The notes below the pieces were generated by a model. The model did no database searches, had not been told where the DNA came from, and saw only the letters and a list, made by a program, of their open reading frames with translations. A DNA stretch of 63,308 nucleotides, filler included. It is 4 parts of 4 records of this genome, joined end to end, with 100 filler letters (N's around TTAATTAATTAA, not from the genome) between each part and the next. Parts side by side here need not be neighbours in the genome. Positions count along the whole stretch, not along the records: positions 21,475 to 33,260 come from SRR31156797_1481; positions 33,361 to 58,112 come from SRR31156797_1483; 2 more parts are not named here. The stretch is one strand, 5' to 3'. The translations under genes and the position numbers were made by a program. Numbering within the stretch: the first letter of the stretch is position 1; each line of letters opens with the position of its first letter. Positions 28,217-39,453 of the stretch are shown piece by piece.

Positions 28217-29266
28217 ATGACTAGTTCTGATATAGCAAAAATAGTAGGTGTATCAAGAAGCACTGTTTCAAAGGTTCTTAATAATTATCCGAACATTCCT
28301 GAATCAACCAGAAAAAAAGTGCTTGATGCCGTTGAGAAACATGGCTATAAACCTAATCTGGCTGCACAATCACTGGCAGGTAAAAAAAATAAAGTAATCG
28401 GAATTTTCCTGGCGGATATCACATATAAAAATATCAAAAATAAAGATTTATTAGGAACAAGTTCACCCTATTTTCTAAATTTTATATCTGAAGTTGCAAA
28501 AGAAGCTAAAAAAAATGGTTATCTAATTTTAGTTGATTTTATTACCGAAAAAAGTTCTTATTCCCAAATGAAACCATTATTTTTAAACAATACTATTGCA
28601 GCAGGTATTTTAATAGGTTTTAATCATAATATAGAGGAAGTCAACGAATTATTAAGCAGTGAATTCAACGTAGTTGCAATTGATATTTTAGATAAAACTA
28701 AAATCAAGAACAAAGATATATATACTGTAAATACAGATGATTTTGAAGGTGCTTATACTGCAACTAAGCATCTAATTGATAACGGGCATCAAAAAATACT
28801 GCATATTTCCGGAGGCGGAAACAGATTATCTTCTATAAAGCGTCGTGAAGGTTTTAAACAGGCTATGAAAGATGCAGAACTTAAAATTAATCAAAACAGT
28901 ATAATTAATGGTGAATATGTAGAAGAAGTCGCATATAATAATTTCATGAAATTATTAGAAAAAGAGCAGGATTTTACAGCAATTTTTTGCTCTAATGATG
29001 TAATGGCTCTGGGAGTTCTAAAAGCCCTGGAGGAGAAAAGTATCAAAGTTCCTGAAAATGTATCAATCGTCAGCTATGATGATTTGGCATTTTCTCAATT
29101 TTTGACACCACCTCTGACAACAATGAGAGCTCCAACAAACGAGTTAGCCAAAAAAGCCACAAACCTACTTTTCAAAAGAGAATTAGATAAAAAAATACGT
29201 GATAAAAATATTCTCTGTAATGCAACTCTTATCGAAAGAAAAAGTGTAAAAAATCTAAATAAATAA
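28217..29266 (+). CDS. LacI-family transcriptional regulator
   Basis: DIAKIVGVSRSTVSKVLN HTH, YKPNLAAQSL hinge, AIFCSNDVMALG and PPLTT. Confidence 0.95.
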   Translation: MTSSDIAKIVGVSRSTVSKVLNNYPNIPESTRKKVLDAVEKHGYKPNLAAQSLAGKKNKVIGIFLADITYKNIKNKDLLGTSSPYFLNFISEVAKEAKKNGYLILVDFITEKSSYSQMKPLFLNNTIAAGILIGFNHNIEEVNELLSSEFNVVAIDILDKTKIKNKDIYTVNTDDFEGAYTATKHLIDNGHQKILHISGGGNRLSSIKRREGFKQAMKDAELKINQNSIINGEYVEEVAYNNFMKLLEKEQDFTAIFCSNDVMALGVLKALEEKSIKVPENVSIVSYDDLAFSQFLTPPLTTMRAPTNELAKKATNLLFKRELDKKIRDKNILCNATLIERKSVKNLNK

Positions 29267-29434
29267 AAAAGCAGATAGAAAGTAATGTTTTCAGCAGATT
29301 ACTTCATTATCTGCTTTTTCATTTACAAAACTTTTATCAAACTATACAAATATAATTAAAGGAAATTTAGCTTTTTAACGTAAATTATATAGATACGATA
29401 AAATCATCACAATTTTATATTTATAAAAAGGAGA

Positions 29435-30739
29435 ATGCCTATGAAAAAAAATCTAGCAATGCTAAGCTTCGTCACCATTATACTTCAGTTTTTTATTTTT
29501 AATTCTCTTAGTGCTAAACCATCTGATTTGGTTTATCAAATTCCCGTACGAGGCACTGTTAATCCGGGAATGCTTAATTTCATAAAAAGAGGAATAAAGG
29601 AAGCTGAGGATACAGGTGCTGACTTAATAATATTCAAGATCGATACTTATGGCGGTCTTGTAGATTCCGGGATAAAGATACGTGACGCAATACTTAACTC
29701 TAATATCCCTACAGCTACCTATATATCAAACAGAGCATGGTCAGCCGGTGCATTAATAGCACTAGCAGGTCAAACAATGGTCATCGATTCTGCAGGAAGT
29801 ATAGGAGCAGCTGAAACCAGACCAAAAGATGAGAAGTATATATCAGCTCTTAGAAAAGAGTTTAAAGCAACAGCTGAAATAAGGGGAAAAAACCCTGATA
29901 TAGCTGCTGCTATGGTGGACTCCGATATAGTTATAGAGAATATAACTGAGAAAGATAAGCTACTAACTTTAACAGCTGATGAAGCAATAAAAAATAATTT
30001 TGCTGATCTGAAAGTTGATAACATTGATGAGATATTAAAAAATCTAGATCTGGATAATGCAAAAATAGTTGATCTGGATGTTACACCAGCTGAAAGATTA
30101 GCTCAAGTTATTACACATCCGGCAGTAAGTACACTTTTGCTTACTTTTGGTTTCATAGCTCTTATGTTTGAAGCTCTAGCTCCCGGTTGGGGTGTAGGAG
30201 GAACAATCGGAGTTATATCACTTGGTCTTTTCTTTGCAGGAAATGTTATTACAGGAACAGCCAATATAGGACTTATTATTCTGTTCTTCGTTGGATTTGG
30301 CCTGATATTACTTGAGATATTTGTTGTACCGGGATTTGGGATAACAGGAATAGGCGGAATAACCTGTATTGCTGCCAGTATCTATTTTGTATTCCCGAAT
30401 GCAGAGACTGCGCTTAGTGTTATGGCCGCTGTTTTAGTATTATCTATTACAGGTGGATTGATTCTTATCAAAATATTTGGTACAAGCCGCGTATGGCACA
30501 GGATATCACTTGAAACCAAACTAAATGCAGAAAACGGTTATACATCTCACACTGATAAAAGTGAGTTAGTTGGAAAAATAGGAGTAACTTTAACAAAACT
30601 TCGTCCTGCAGGTACTATTCTGATTGATTCTCATAGAATAGATGCTGTAAGCGAAGGAGAATTTCTGGAAAAAGATATCAAAATAGAAATTATTAAAGTT
30701 ACGGGAACAAGTGTAATTGTTAAAAAATCTGATGAATAA
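29435..30739 (+). CDS. nfeD: NfeD-family membrane-bound serine protease (YqeZ-like)
   Basis: IDTYGG, AWSAGALIALAG, IGAAE and C-terminal OB fold LRPAG...DAVSEG; precedes floA. Confidence 0.88.
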   Translation: MPMKKNLAMLSFVTIILQFFIFNSLSAKPSDLVYQIPVRGTVNPGMLNFIKRGIKEAEDTGADLIIFKIDTYGGLVDSGIKIRDAILNSNIPTATYISNRAWSAGALIALAGQTMVIDSAGSIGAAETRPKDEKYISALRKEFKATAEIRGKNPDIAAAMVDSDIVIENITEKDKLLTLTADEAIKNNFADLKVDNIDEILKNLDLDNAKIVDLDVTPAERLAQVITHPAVSTLLLTFGFIALMFEALAPGWGVGGTIGVISLGLFFAGNVITGTANIGLIILFFVGFGLILLEIFVVPGFGITGIGGITCIAASIYFVFPNAETALSVMAAVLVLSITGGLILIKIFGTSRVWHRISLETKLNAENGYTSHTDKSELVGKIGVTLTKLRPAGTILIDSHRIDAVSEGEFLEKDIKIEIIKVTGTSVIVKKSDE

Positions 30740-30812
30740 TATTCTGTTTTCAACACATGAAAAATACATTAAATTAATGGTAAATTTCAAATAAATTTAC
30801 CTACAAAAAGGA

Positions 30813-31814
30813 GTGGTTACATTGGCAATTTTAGCAGTATTTATTATATTTGCAGCTATCGTGGTATTTTCACTATTTACTTATTTCATCCCGGTGGGGT
30901 TATGGATCGCAGCATTAGCAGCAGGTGTTAAGATAAGTATTCTTAATCTAATCGGAATGAGACTTAGAAGAGTTTCACCTTCTCAAATCGTTAATCCGAT
31001 GATTAAATCTAACAAAGCCGGAATTCATTTAGGTAGTGACAAATTAGAAGCACATTTTTTAGCAGGTGGTAATGTCGATAGAGTAGTTGATGCATTAATC
31101 GCAGCACAAAGAGCTGAGATAGATTTAACTTTCGAAAGAGCCGCAGCTATCGATCTGGCAGGTAGAGATGTACTCGAAGCAGTACAGATGAGTGTTAATC
31201 CAAAAGTTATCAAAACTCCTATTGTTACAGCTGTAGCAATGGACGGTATACAGGTAATGGCAACTGCAAGAGTAACTGTTAGAGCAAATATTGAGAGATT
31301 AGTCGGAGGAGCCGGTGAGGAAACAGTTCTGGCAAGAGTTGGAGAAGGGATCGTAACTACTGTTGGTTCATCTACATCACATTCAAAAGTTCTCGAGAAT
31401 CCTGATTCTATCTCTAAAACAGTATTAGGAAAAGGTCTTGATTCAGGTACAGCATTTGAGATATTATCAATTGATATCGCAGATGTAGATGTCGGTAAAA
31501 ACATCGGTGCACAACTTCAAATAGATCAAGCTGAAGCTGATAAAGAGATAGCACAAGCAAAAGCTGAGGAAAGAAGAGCTATGGCTGTTGCAGAAGAGCA
31601 AGAAATGACTGCCAAAGTACAAGAGATGAAAGCAAAAGTTGTAGAAGCTGAAGCTGAGGTACCTAAAGCAATGGCTGAGGCACTTAGAAAAGGTAAAATC
31701 GGAGTTATGGACTATCTTAACCTTAAAAACCTTGAAGCTGATACAGATATGAGACATACTATTTCTAAACTTAGTGATGAGCAAAGCGCTGAGATCACTA
31801 ATGACAATGATTAA
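30813..31814 (+). CDS. floA: Flotillin-like protein FloA (YqfA)
   Basis: [42 protein letters not shown] and [14 protein letters not shown]. Confidence 0.93.
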   Translation: MVTLAILAVFIIFAAIVVFSLFTYFIPVGLWIAALAAGVKISILNLIGMRLRRVSPSQIVNPMIKSNKAGIHLGSDKLEAHFLAGGNVDRVVDALIAAQRAEIDLTFERAAAIDLAGRDVLEAVQMSVNPKVIKTPIVTAVAMDGIQVMATARVTVRANIERLVGGAGEETVLARVGEGIVTTVGSSTSHSKVLENPDSISKTVLGKGLDSGTAFEILSIDIADVDVGKNIGAQLQIDQAEADKEIAQAKAEERRAMAVAEEQEMTAKVQEMKAKVVEAEAEVPKAMAEALRKGKIGVMDYLNLKNLEADTDMRHTISKLSDEQSAEITNDND

Positions 31815-31837
31815 TATCTTAATTAAGGAGAAATACT

Positions 31838-32350
31838 ATGGACGATTTTATATCGGTAATTATTAGAATAATAGTAATCGGGGTAATTATCAGAGGTTTC
31901 TTCAAGAAAGCTAATAAAGCAGCCAAAACACAGGCACCATCTAAACTTAGTGAAGTTCAATTAAAAGAAAAAACCGAAAAAAAAGCTAGATTAAAACAAG
32001 CTTTGCAATCTGAAATTGAAAAGAAACTAAAAGCCAGCTTTGGTGGCGCTGAAGAAGAATCACTTGCTAAAGCTTTTGCTGAACATGCAAAAGTTAAAAA
32101 AGAGATATCAATTACTCCTAAAGAACATACTGTAGATAACTTAAACTATTCACCCCGTGATGAAGTTAAAGTAAAATCATCATACCAGAGAGTTCAAACT
32201 AAAAGTAAAAAAACAACTTCAAAAAAGAAGAAAAAAGATAATAAAATAATTGAAAAAAATACTTTTAAAAAAGATGTTGTTAAAGGGGTTATATTTAAAG
32301 AGATCTTAAGTGAACCCCGTGCAAAGCAACCATACAAAATAAGAAAGTAG
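31838..32350 (+). CDS. Lys-rich hypothetical protein, YqfB-position homolog
   Basis: N-terminal TM helix; C-terminal KGVIFKEILSEPRA; third gene of the nfeD-floA operon. Confidence 0.65.
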   Translation: MDDFISVIIRIIVIGVIIRGFFKKANKAAKTQAPSKLSEVQLKEKTEKKARLKQALQSEIEKKLKASFGGAEEESLAKAFAEHAKVKKEISITPKEHTVDNLNYSPRDEVKVKSSYQRVQTKSKKTTSKKKKKDNKIIEKNTFKKDVVKGVIFKEILSEPRAKQPYKIRK

Positions 32351-32363
32351 TTTTTTATAATTT

Positions 32364-32403
32364 AAAAAGTGACAAGAAGCTAATATAGTTCTTGTCACTT
32401 TTC
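32364..32403. terminator. Bidirectional intrinsic terminator
   Basis: AAAAGTGACAAGAA...TTCTTGTCACTTTT between convergent genes. Confidence 0.8.
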
Positions 32404-32406
32404 TAT

Positions 32407-32949
32407 TTAAACTGTTTTGATTATAATCTCATCTAACTCTTTTCTTTTGGGTGCTGTCTTCTCTTCGGCAGGTTTACCAATAGCAAATATTGCAGCTAAC
32501 TCTATATTATCAGGAACTTCTAATATTTCTCTCGCATCAGCATAGTCATATGCCCCGATTATTACGCTACCAAGGCCCATATCATGGATTTTGAGACTTA
32601 ATGTCTGGCTGGCAGCTCCCAAGTCAAACATTCCCCAATTCCCTATATTGTTATAATTAACTCCCCTTGCTCTCGAAATTCCGGCAGCATCCTTTTCATA
32701 ACAAGCCGCTATCAGCAGTGAAGCATCTTTTGAACAGTTTCTTGCTGGATTAGTTTCTGAGTATACATTGACAAGTTCTGACATCTTAGCCCTGTCTCTT
32801 ATCAAGATAAACCTCCAAGACTGTGTATTAGCCCATGAGGGGGTCATTCTGACTGCTTCCAACATCTCTTTAAGCTCTTCATCTGTTATATAATAATCAG
32901 TGAATTTTCTAATTGTTCTTCTCTCGATAATAGCCTTGTTTAATTCCAC
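32407..32949 (-). CDS. Nitroreductase family protein
   Basis: RRTIRKF, PSWANTQSWRF, GLGSVIIG and IGKP...PKRK. Confidence 0.9.
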   Translation of the reverse strand: MELNKAIIERRTIRKFTDYYITDEELKEMLEAVRMTPSWANTQSWRFILIRDRAKMSELVNVYSETNPARNCSKDASLLIAACYEKDAAGISRARGVNYNNIGNWGMFDLGAASQTLSLKIHDMGLGSVIIGAYDYADAREILEVPDNIELAAIFAIGKPAEEKTAPKRKELDEIIIKTV

Positions 32950-33052
32950 TTTTCCTCCCTAATCTTAACTGTTTTTAACTTAGATAATTTGTATAAAATA
33001 TTACAAAAAAAATAAAAAACTTCAGCGTTTGCCGAAGTTTTTTATAGACTAA

Positions 33053-33260
33053 TTAGCCATTAACTTTGTCAGATAATTTTTTACCTGGCTTAAACTTAAC
33101 AACTTTTTTAGCAGGGATGTCGATCTCTTCTCCAGTTTTAGGGTTTCTACCTTTTCTTGCTGGTTTCTCAACAACTTCAAATTTTCCCCATCCAACGAAG
33201 TTAACATCGTCACCATTAACCAAAACTTCCTCAAATGTTTCTAATACTGAATCTAATTTT
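33053..33260 (-). CDS. hup: HU family DNA-binding protein (5' truncated by gap)
   Basis: Manual translation ...VNFVGWGKFEVVEKPARKGRNPKTGEEIDIPAKKVVKFKPGKKLSDKVNG*; not in the ORF track. Confidence 0.93.
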
Positions 33261-33360
33261 NNNNNNNNNNNNNNNNNNNNNNNNNNNNNNNNNNNNNNNN
33301 NNNNTTAATTAATTAANNNNNNNNNNNNNNNNNNNNNNNNNNNNNNNNNNNNNNNNNNNN
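33261..33360. other. Artificial contig spacer
   Basis: N run with TTAATTAATTAA linker. Confidence 0.99.
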
Positions 33361-33388
33361 GTGCACTATCCAGTTATGCTACGCGTCC
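33361..33388 (-). tRNA. 5' fragment of a tRNA (possibly Arg; anticodon lost in gap)
   Basis: Minus strand GGACGCGTAGCATAACTGGATAGTGCAC gives an acceptor 5' strand plus D-arm; a Bacteroidota TATATTTG promoter lies just upstream. Confidence 0.75.
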
Positions 33389-33643
33389 TTGTTTCCTCTG
33401 TAAGGCGGTGCAAATATAGAGAAAAAAAAGTAGTGTTAGCAAGCCTTCCCATCATATTTCTGATAAAAAAACTGCATTTAATTTCGGGTTAAATCTTAAA
33501 AAACTCTAAATCTTTCACATAGGAAGCTGAGGATCGTGAAAAAAAACTAAATTTACTTTAATATAAATTTGAAGAGACAGGAAAAGCTAATGTTCTCGAT
33601 GTTTTTTATATTTGTTATGTAAAAATTATTAAAACAAAACTGA

Positions 33644-36127
33644 ATGAAGAAATTTCTGAAAATATTCGGAGGATTGCTGGTTGTGCTTTTGGCACTTCTT
33701 ATTGTTTTGCCTTACTTTTTTAAGGATAAAATTCTTGAGAAAGTAAAGACAGAAATCAATAATACTCTTGATGCAAAAGTTGAAATTGGAGGGATCTCTC
33801 TCTCAATGCTGAAGAACTTCCCAAATTTATATGTAGAACTTGAAAAGGTAAGTGTAGTTGGCAAAAATGAATTTGCCGAAGATACATTGGCTTCAGTTGG
33901 AAGTTTATATACTGCGGTTGATTTGTCTTCAGCTTTATCTGGAAGTAAAATTGAGGTTGGAACCATTGTTTTAGCAAATTCTAAAGTTAAGGCTAAGGTC
34001 TTGGAATCGGGTAAAGCCAATTGGGATATTGTAAAATCGAGTGGTGAAGAGGAAGTAGTAGTTGAAGAAACAGGAGAAGCTTCCGATTTTAAAGTGATAT
34101 TTGATGAAGTAAAGATTGAAAATTTTGTTTTGATTTATGATGATGCCAGTATGAAAACGGTATTGTCAGTTGCTGATCTAGATTTGGTTTTGAGTGGTGA
34201 TTTCTCTGCAAAATCAACCAACTTAGATGTATTAACTACCGTTTCAGGAATTGATTTCGACTATGAAGAAACAAGATACTTGAATAAGGCAAAAGTTGAC
34301 TTAAAAGCGATTCTTGCAGCTGATCTTGAGAATATGATCTTTACTTTTAAAGAGAACAAGCTTTCGATAAATGATTTGAGTTTTGGTATCGATGGTAAAG
34401 TGGGTATGATTGATGATGGTTATGATATGGATCTGAAGATGAATGCCAACAAAACAGATTTTAAATCTTTATTAGCCATGGTTCCTGATGTGTTCAAATC
34501 GGAAATGGAAGGTTTGGAAACAACTGGAAATTTGGAGTTGCATGCGTTTGTAAAAGGGGAATACAAAGAAGAGAACTTTCCTGCTTTTGGAGCCAAGTTA
34601 AAAGTGAACGATGCCAATATTAAATATGCGGATTTACCTGAATCGGTTAATTCTATCAATGTAGATGCTCAGGTGAATCACCCTGGTGGAGATTTGGATT
34701 TATTAACTGCCGATGTAAATTCATTCCATTTTGAAGTGGCAAACAATCCATTTGATGCGGAGCTTCATGTAAAGAATCCTATGACAGATCCATTATTAAG
34801 TGGACTCTTTAAAGGAGTGATCGATTTTGAAAAAATCAGACATGCTATTCCAATGGATAGTATTAAGATTTCGGGAATGGTAACCTCTGATGTATCTTTT
34901 AATGGTAGATACTCTTCGATTGAAAAAGAGCAATATGAAAAATTCAGTGCAAAGGGTGATGTGAAATTGAACAATTTCGTTTTTACAACTCCTGATTTTC
35001 CTCAAGGGATAAAGATTATTAAATCAGTAATGGATTTTACCCCAAGATACATTAGCTTAAATTCATTCGATTCAAGAATTGGGAAAACGGACATTCAACT
35101 TAAAGGAAAAATTGAGAATTTCATTCCTTATGCCATGAAGAATGAAACTTTAAAGGGAACTTTCAATTTAACTTCAAACTCGATGGATTTGAATGAATTC
35201 ATGACAGAAGAAGATGAAGCACAGGCTGAGAGTATCGATACTATTCCTTTATCAGTAATTGAAATTCCTGCTAACTTGAACTTGAGACTGACTTCTAACA
35301 TGAAAAACATTCGTTTCGATAAAATGGATATGAAGAATGTGAAGGGATTGATTGAGGTGAAGAATGCTACGGCAAGACTTACGAATTTGTCGATGGATAT
35401 GCTAAAAGGAAATTTAACTATAGATGGAGAATACAGCACCAGGAATATAGAAAGACCTACAACAAATTTTGGTATGGATATCAATAATTTTGATATCAAT
35501 TCTGCTTATCACTCTTTAAGTATGATTAAGGAGATGATGCCAATAGCCATGAATTGCGAAGGAAAAGTTTCTTCTGATTTAATTGTTACAGCTGCTTTAG
35601 ATAAAGAAATGAATCCTATATCAGAAAGCATGAATGGAAAAGGTTCATTGCATTCTCAAAAAATTCTGATTAAAGACAATAAAGCGTTTGATGCGTTGGC
35701 TAAAGCTTTAAAGAACGATCAGTACAAAAGGATATCGGTAACAGAATTCAAAATGAATTTTGTAATTACGAATGGTAATGTTGAGGTGAAACCATTTAAG
35801 GCTAAGGTTGCTGGTCATCCTGCAACTATTTACGGTACACAATCGGTTGATGGCAAGTTGGATTTTACTATGGATATGAAATTGCCTAAAGAAGAGCTTG
35901 GTAAAGAGGTGAATCAGTACTTTGATAAGTTACCTGGTATGGATAATGTTCCTGCTTTTGATGTTTCTGTTAAAATTAAGGGTACAGTTGATAAACCGGA
36001 AGTAAAGTTGGATTTAAGTAAGGCAATTAAACAGGCTCAAAAGGCGGTTGCTAAAGAATTGGAACGCAAAGCTAAAAAGGAATTGGAGAAAAAAGGAAAG
36101 GATCTTTTGAAGAAATTATTCAAGTAG
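33644..36127 (+). CDS. AsmA-family protein
   Basis: N-terminal TM anchor, GKANWDI motif, long beta-rich repeats and C-terminal IKGTVDKPEV. Confidence 0.85.
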   Translation: MKKFLKIFGGLLVVLLALLIVLPYFFKDKILEKVKTEINNTLDAKVEIGGISLSMLKNFPNLYVELEKVSVVGKNEFAEDTLASVGSLYTAVDLSSALSGSKIEVGTIVLANSKVKAKVLESGKANWDIVKSSGEEEVVVEETGEASDFKVIFDEVKIENFVLIYDDASMKTVLSVADLDLVLSGDFSAKSTNLDVLTTVSGIDFDYEETRYLNKAKVDLKAILAADLENMIFTFKENKLSINDLSFGIDGKVGMIDDGYDMDLKMNANKTDFKSLLAMVPDVFKSEMEGLETTGNLELHAFVKGEYKEENFPAFGAKLKVNDANIKYADLPESVNSINVDAQVNHPGGDLDLLTADVNSFHFEVANNPFDAELHVKNPMTDPLLSGLFKGVIDFEKIRHAIPMDSIKISGMVTSDVSFNGRYSSIEKEQYEKFSAKGDVKLNNFVFTTPDFPQGIKIIKSVMDFTPRYISLNSFDSRIGKTDIQLKGKIENFIPYAMKNETLKGTFNLTSNSMDLNEFMTEEDEAQAESIDTIPLSVIEIPANLNLRLTSNMKNIRFDKMDMKNVKGLIEVKNATARLTNLSMDMLKGNLTIDGEYSTRNIERPTTNFGMDINNFDINSAYHSLSMIKEMMPIAMNCEGKVSSDLIVTAALDKEMNPISESMNGKGSLHSQKILIKDNKAFDALAKALKNDQYKRISVTEFKMNFVITNGNVEVKPFKAKVAGHPATIYGTQSVDGKLDFTMDMKLPKEELGKEVNQYFDKLPGMDNVPAFDVSVKIKGTVDKPEVKLDLSKAIKQAQKAVAKELERKAKKELEKKGKDLLKKLFK

Positions 36128-36252
36128 AAAGAGTTTAAATAAAAAATCATTTTTGTGATAAATGGCGGGTAATCAGATAGATTATCCGCTTTTTTATTGA
36201 CGAAATGCCCAAAGACAAACTTTTTTAAAAGATCAGCGTATTCTAAATTTTA

Positions 36253-38397
36253 ATGAAGAGTTTAATTTTTATAAAACTGCTATTGACTATGAAATTAACC
36301 AAAATTACCTTGTGTTTATCCATTTTGTTTTTGATAGGGATTGGCTTTTATTCCTGTTCTGATAGTTCTCCGGAAGATGATGGTGGAGGCATAGAAAATC
36401 CTAAAGAACCCGATGGTAAATATGCAGGTTTTGATTTTCAAACCGTTATGGAATATCAGATATCTTTGACTACTTCGAATCCTCAGAATGAACCTTTAAA
36501 TGGTGTTTATCTGGAGATGTATATTAGTAATCCTTTGGATACTGCAGGTGTATTTGTACCTAATTCTGAGAAATCTTTATTTTATAAGGGCTTAACTAAT
36601 TTGAATGGTGCCATAGAGTGCAAATTAAATCCCCCTTCAAGTATTGATAGTATTTATGTATTAACCTATTATGCAGGTTTGCCAAGATTTAATTCTTTTG
36701 CCTTGCAAGGAGAGAATATTAATATTGCCATTGGTGGGTCTGATAATTTAAAATCGTCAGTCAAAACAGCGGTGAAAATTGATAATATACCTAATGTAGA
36801 TAGTGATAACGGTTATTATATTTTAGGATCCTGGGGTAAAAAAGGTAAGCCGAATTATCTGGAATCTGTAAATGATGAAATTACAAATGATTTTCTAGAA
36901 ATGGTAAATGCTTCTTTACCTGAAGGGAATACTTTAATGAATACACATCCTGAATACCTTGCAAATAGTGAGGATACTAATCTTTCCATGTATGAAGAGG
37001 GTGAAATTTGGGTTACTTTTGTTCATGAAGGGGCTGGTTGGAAAAACGCTTTAGGATATTACACTTATCCAACAGATAATCCTCCATCAAGTGTTAATGA
37101 TATTGATGATTTAACCATCATTTTCCCAAATGTATCAATGGGGAATAAAGATGAAATCGTCTCTGGAAATAAAGTTCAATTGCTTTATTTGAATCAGAAT
37201 GAATACGTAAAACTATTTCCTGCTGGTAGATCGGTAGGATGGTTTTTGGTTGCTCATGGTTGGCAAGATGGAAAACGTGAAGTAAATAATAAGGTATATA
37301 CACATTATTCAAATACCAGTTTAAATATCGAAAATTCGAGTGCTTTACGTAAGCACAATGTCTTATTATATGATGGAGATACCGAGCGAATGATTTTGGG
37401 ATTTGAGGATATTGACAGAAGTTCACCTTCCTGTGATCATGATTTTAATGATGCGATTTTTTACGCAACTATAAATCCTATGCGTGCTGTTAAACCTGAA
37501 GAGTATCAGGAAGTAGACAAAGAGACAGACGATGAAGATAATGACGGTACACCTGATGAGTTTGATGAATACCCTTCGGACCCAACAAAAGCCTTTAACA
37601 ATTACTATGTTGCAGAAGGAGAATTTGGTTCCTTAGCATTTGAAGATTTATGGCCAAGTAAAGGTGATTTTGATTTTAACGATTTGGTAGTTGCTTATAA
37701 TTTTAATCAGATTACCAATTCTGATAATGATATTGTACAGATAGATGCAAAACTGTTGGTAAAAGCAATTGGAGCATCGTTTAAAAATGCTTTTGGTTTT
37801 GCTTTCGAGACTGCACCAGCTAGTATTGAATCTGTAACGGGACAAAGAATTACGGATGGTTATCTGGATATCTCTTCGAATGGAACAGAGAATGGACAAT
37901 CAAAGGCAACGATTATTTGTTTTGATGATCCTTATAATGTAATTGATTATCCTGGATCGGGAAGTGGTGTTAATACAGATCCGAATTCGCCATATTCAAC
38001 ACCTGATACTCTAAAAATGACAATTAATTTTACGAATCCTGTTAATGCAGATGATTTAGGTATGCCTCCTTACAATCCTTTTATAATAATTGATCAGCAA
38101 AGAGGAAAAGAAGTTCATTTACCTAATCATGAACCAACAGACTTGGCAGATAAAAGTTTATTGGGTCAATACGATGATGATAGTAATGAGAATAATGGGA
38201 AGTATTACGTTTCAGATCAATATTTGCCTTGGGCAATTAATGTTCCCGTATCATTTGATTATCCAATTGAAAAGAAAAGTATTTTGAATTCTTACCTACT
38301 TTTTGATAACTGGGCTGGTAGTAATGGTAATAACAATAAAGATTGGTATATGAGCGGATCTGGTTACAGAAATTCATCCAATATTTATAGCAAGTAG
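36253..38397 (+). CDS. LruC-domain (DUF4842/DUF4114-type) lipoprotein
   Basis: Lipobox FYSC; FVHEGAG, GFEDI...DHDFND, AFEDLWPSKGDFDFNDLV, EVHL and PWAI. The start may be the downstream ATG (MKLTK). Confidence 0.8.
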   Translation: MKSLIFIKLLLTMKLTKITLCLSILFLIGIGFYSCSDSSPEDDGGGIENPKEPDGKYAGFDFQTVMEYQISLTTSNPQNEPLNGVYLEMYISNPLDTAGVFVPNSEKSLFYKGLTNLNGAIECKLNPPSSIDSIYVLTYYAGLPRFNSFALQGENINIAIGGSDNLKSSVKTAVKIDNIPNVDSDNGYYILGSWGKKGKPNYLESVNDEITNDFLEMVNASLPEGNTLMNTHPEYLANSEDTNLSMYEEGEIWVTFVHEGAGWKNALGYYTYPTDNPPSSVNDIDDLTIIFPNVSMGNKDEIVSGNKVQLLYLNQNEYVKLFPAGRSVGWFLVAHGWQDGKREVNNKVYTHYSNTSLNIENSSALRKHNVLLYDGDTERMILGFEDIDRSSPSCDHDFNDAIFYATINPMRAVKPEEYQEVDKETDDEDNDGTPDEFDEYPSDPTKAFNNYYVAEGEFGSLAFEDLWPSKGDFDFNDLVVAYNFNQITNSDNDIVQIDAKLLVKAIGASFKNAFGFAFETAPASIESVTGQRITDGYLDISSNGTENGQSKATIICFDDPYNVIDYPGSGSGVNTDPNSPYSTPDTLKMTINFTNPVNADDLGMPPYNPFIIIDQQRGKEVHLPNHEPTDLADKSLLGQYDDDSNENNGKYYVSDQYLPWAINVPVSFDYPIEKKSILNSYLLFDNWAGSNGNNNKDWYMSGSGYRNSSNIYSK

Positions 38398-38508
38398 TTT
38401 TTTCAAACAGATATATTCAAAGAGAGGCTTTTAGTCTCTCTTTTTTTGTGATTTAAACACTGTTGGTGTAGATTTAGTATTGATTAATTGTAAAAAAATA
38501 TACTATTC

Positions 38509-39114
38509 ATGAAACAGCTTGTAATTGCTTTTTATTTTTTAATCAGTTTTACAATGGTAAAAGCTCAAAATATTAAAACGAACTTATTCTATTTGGATGC
38601 TGGAGGTACAGTTGGAAACTACATTGGAGGAGATCTGGCTGCAAATTACATTCACAATCAAAAAATTTCGATTCAATTTTCTTATTCTCATTTTGAAAGG
38701 AAGGATCCATCTCGTCCCGATGATTATTCTGGAGGACTTTCAAGTATTGCATCATTGGGAGCAAGTACACCAAAGGATGAACTGAAATCTTATTCTATTT
38801 TGGGAGGGTTTATTTTACCATACAAAGGAAGCGACAAGGGAAGATGGAATTTGAGAGCTGGTTTGGCGTATTCGAAATATAAACAAGCTGTAGATTACAA
38901 TATTGTTGATGGAGTAGGAGTTGAAGAATCTATAATAGGAAATTATAGTTATAAAAAGCATCATTCAGAAAAGGTAAGTCTTGTTTTAAAACCTGAATTG
39001 GAAATCGCCTTTTCTAAATGTGTTGGCATGGGATTGGCTGCATTTATTATTCTAAATGAAAAAACAACAGTCTTTGGTTTAGGGATAAACCTTAAATTAG
39101 GTGTTTTAAAGTGA
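38509..39114 (+). CDS. Hypothetical exported protein, probable small outer-membrane beta-barrel
   Basis: Signal peptide (VKA-Q) and alternating hydrophobic strands. Confidence 0.65.
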   Translation: MKQLVIAFYFLISFTMVKAQNIKTNLFYLDAGGTVGNYIGGDLAANYIHNQKISIQFSYSHFERKDPSRPDDYSGGLSSIASLGASTPKDELKSYSILGGFILPYKGSDKGRWNLRAGLAYSKYKQAVDYNIVDGVGVEESIIGNYSYKKHHSEKVSLVLKPELEIAFSKCVGMGLAAFIILNEKTTVFGLGINLKLGVLK

Positions 39115-39141
39115 AAATAAAAAGATGAAATTTTATAAAAC

Positions 39142-39213
39142 GAAAAAGGACGGCAACCACTCCGTCCTTTTCATATTCACTTTAAAACCTGAACTTTCCA
39201 TAGAAAATTCAAT
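39142..39213 (-). ncRNA. Candidate sRNA copy 1
   Basis: TATATTG promoter-like element, conserved AGGTTTTAAAGTGAATA block and terminator hairpin with AGTGGTTG loop; homologous to copy 2. Confidence 0.45.
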
Positions 39214-39378
39214 TGCAATATAAGGGTTAATATTTTTATTGTCAATAAAAAGTTTAAGAAATTTTAATTAAAATAGTTTTTTATCGCTGTTAATTAATCA
39301 ATTAGGCAAATTGATCTAGCAGATTTTCTTTTCTAATAAAGTATTTTTTTTGAGAGTTTGAGCTGGGCTTGTAAAATA

Positions 39379-39453
39379 CAAAAGAGGATGGTAACCACTC
39401 CATCCTCTTCTATCTATTCACTTTAAACCTTAAAAAACGGAAATCGTTTTGCA
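39379..39453 (-). ncRNA. Candidate sRNA copy 2
   Basis: AGGTTTAAAGTGAATA block and hairpin AAGAGGATGG-AGTGGTTA-CCATCCTCTT with compensatory changes relative to copy 1. Confidence 0.45.

Noticed and set aside
33049-33308. ORF-track calls 33049-33234 and 33066-33308
   Set aside because: Wrong frame or strand; the real gene is the truncated HU.
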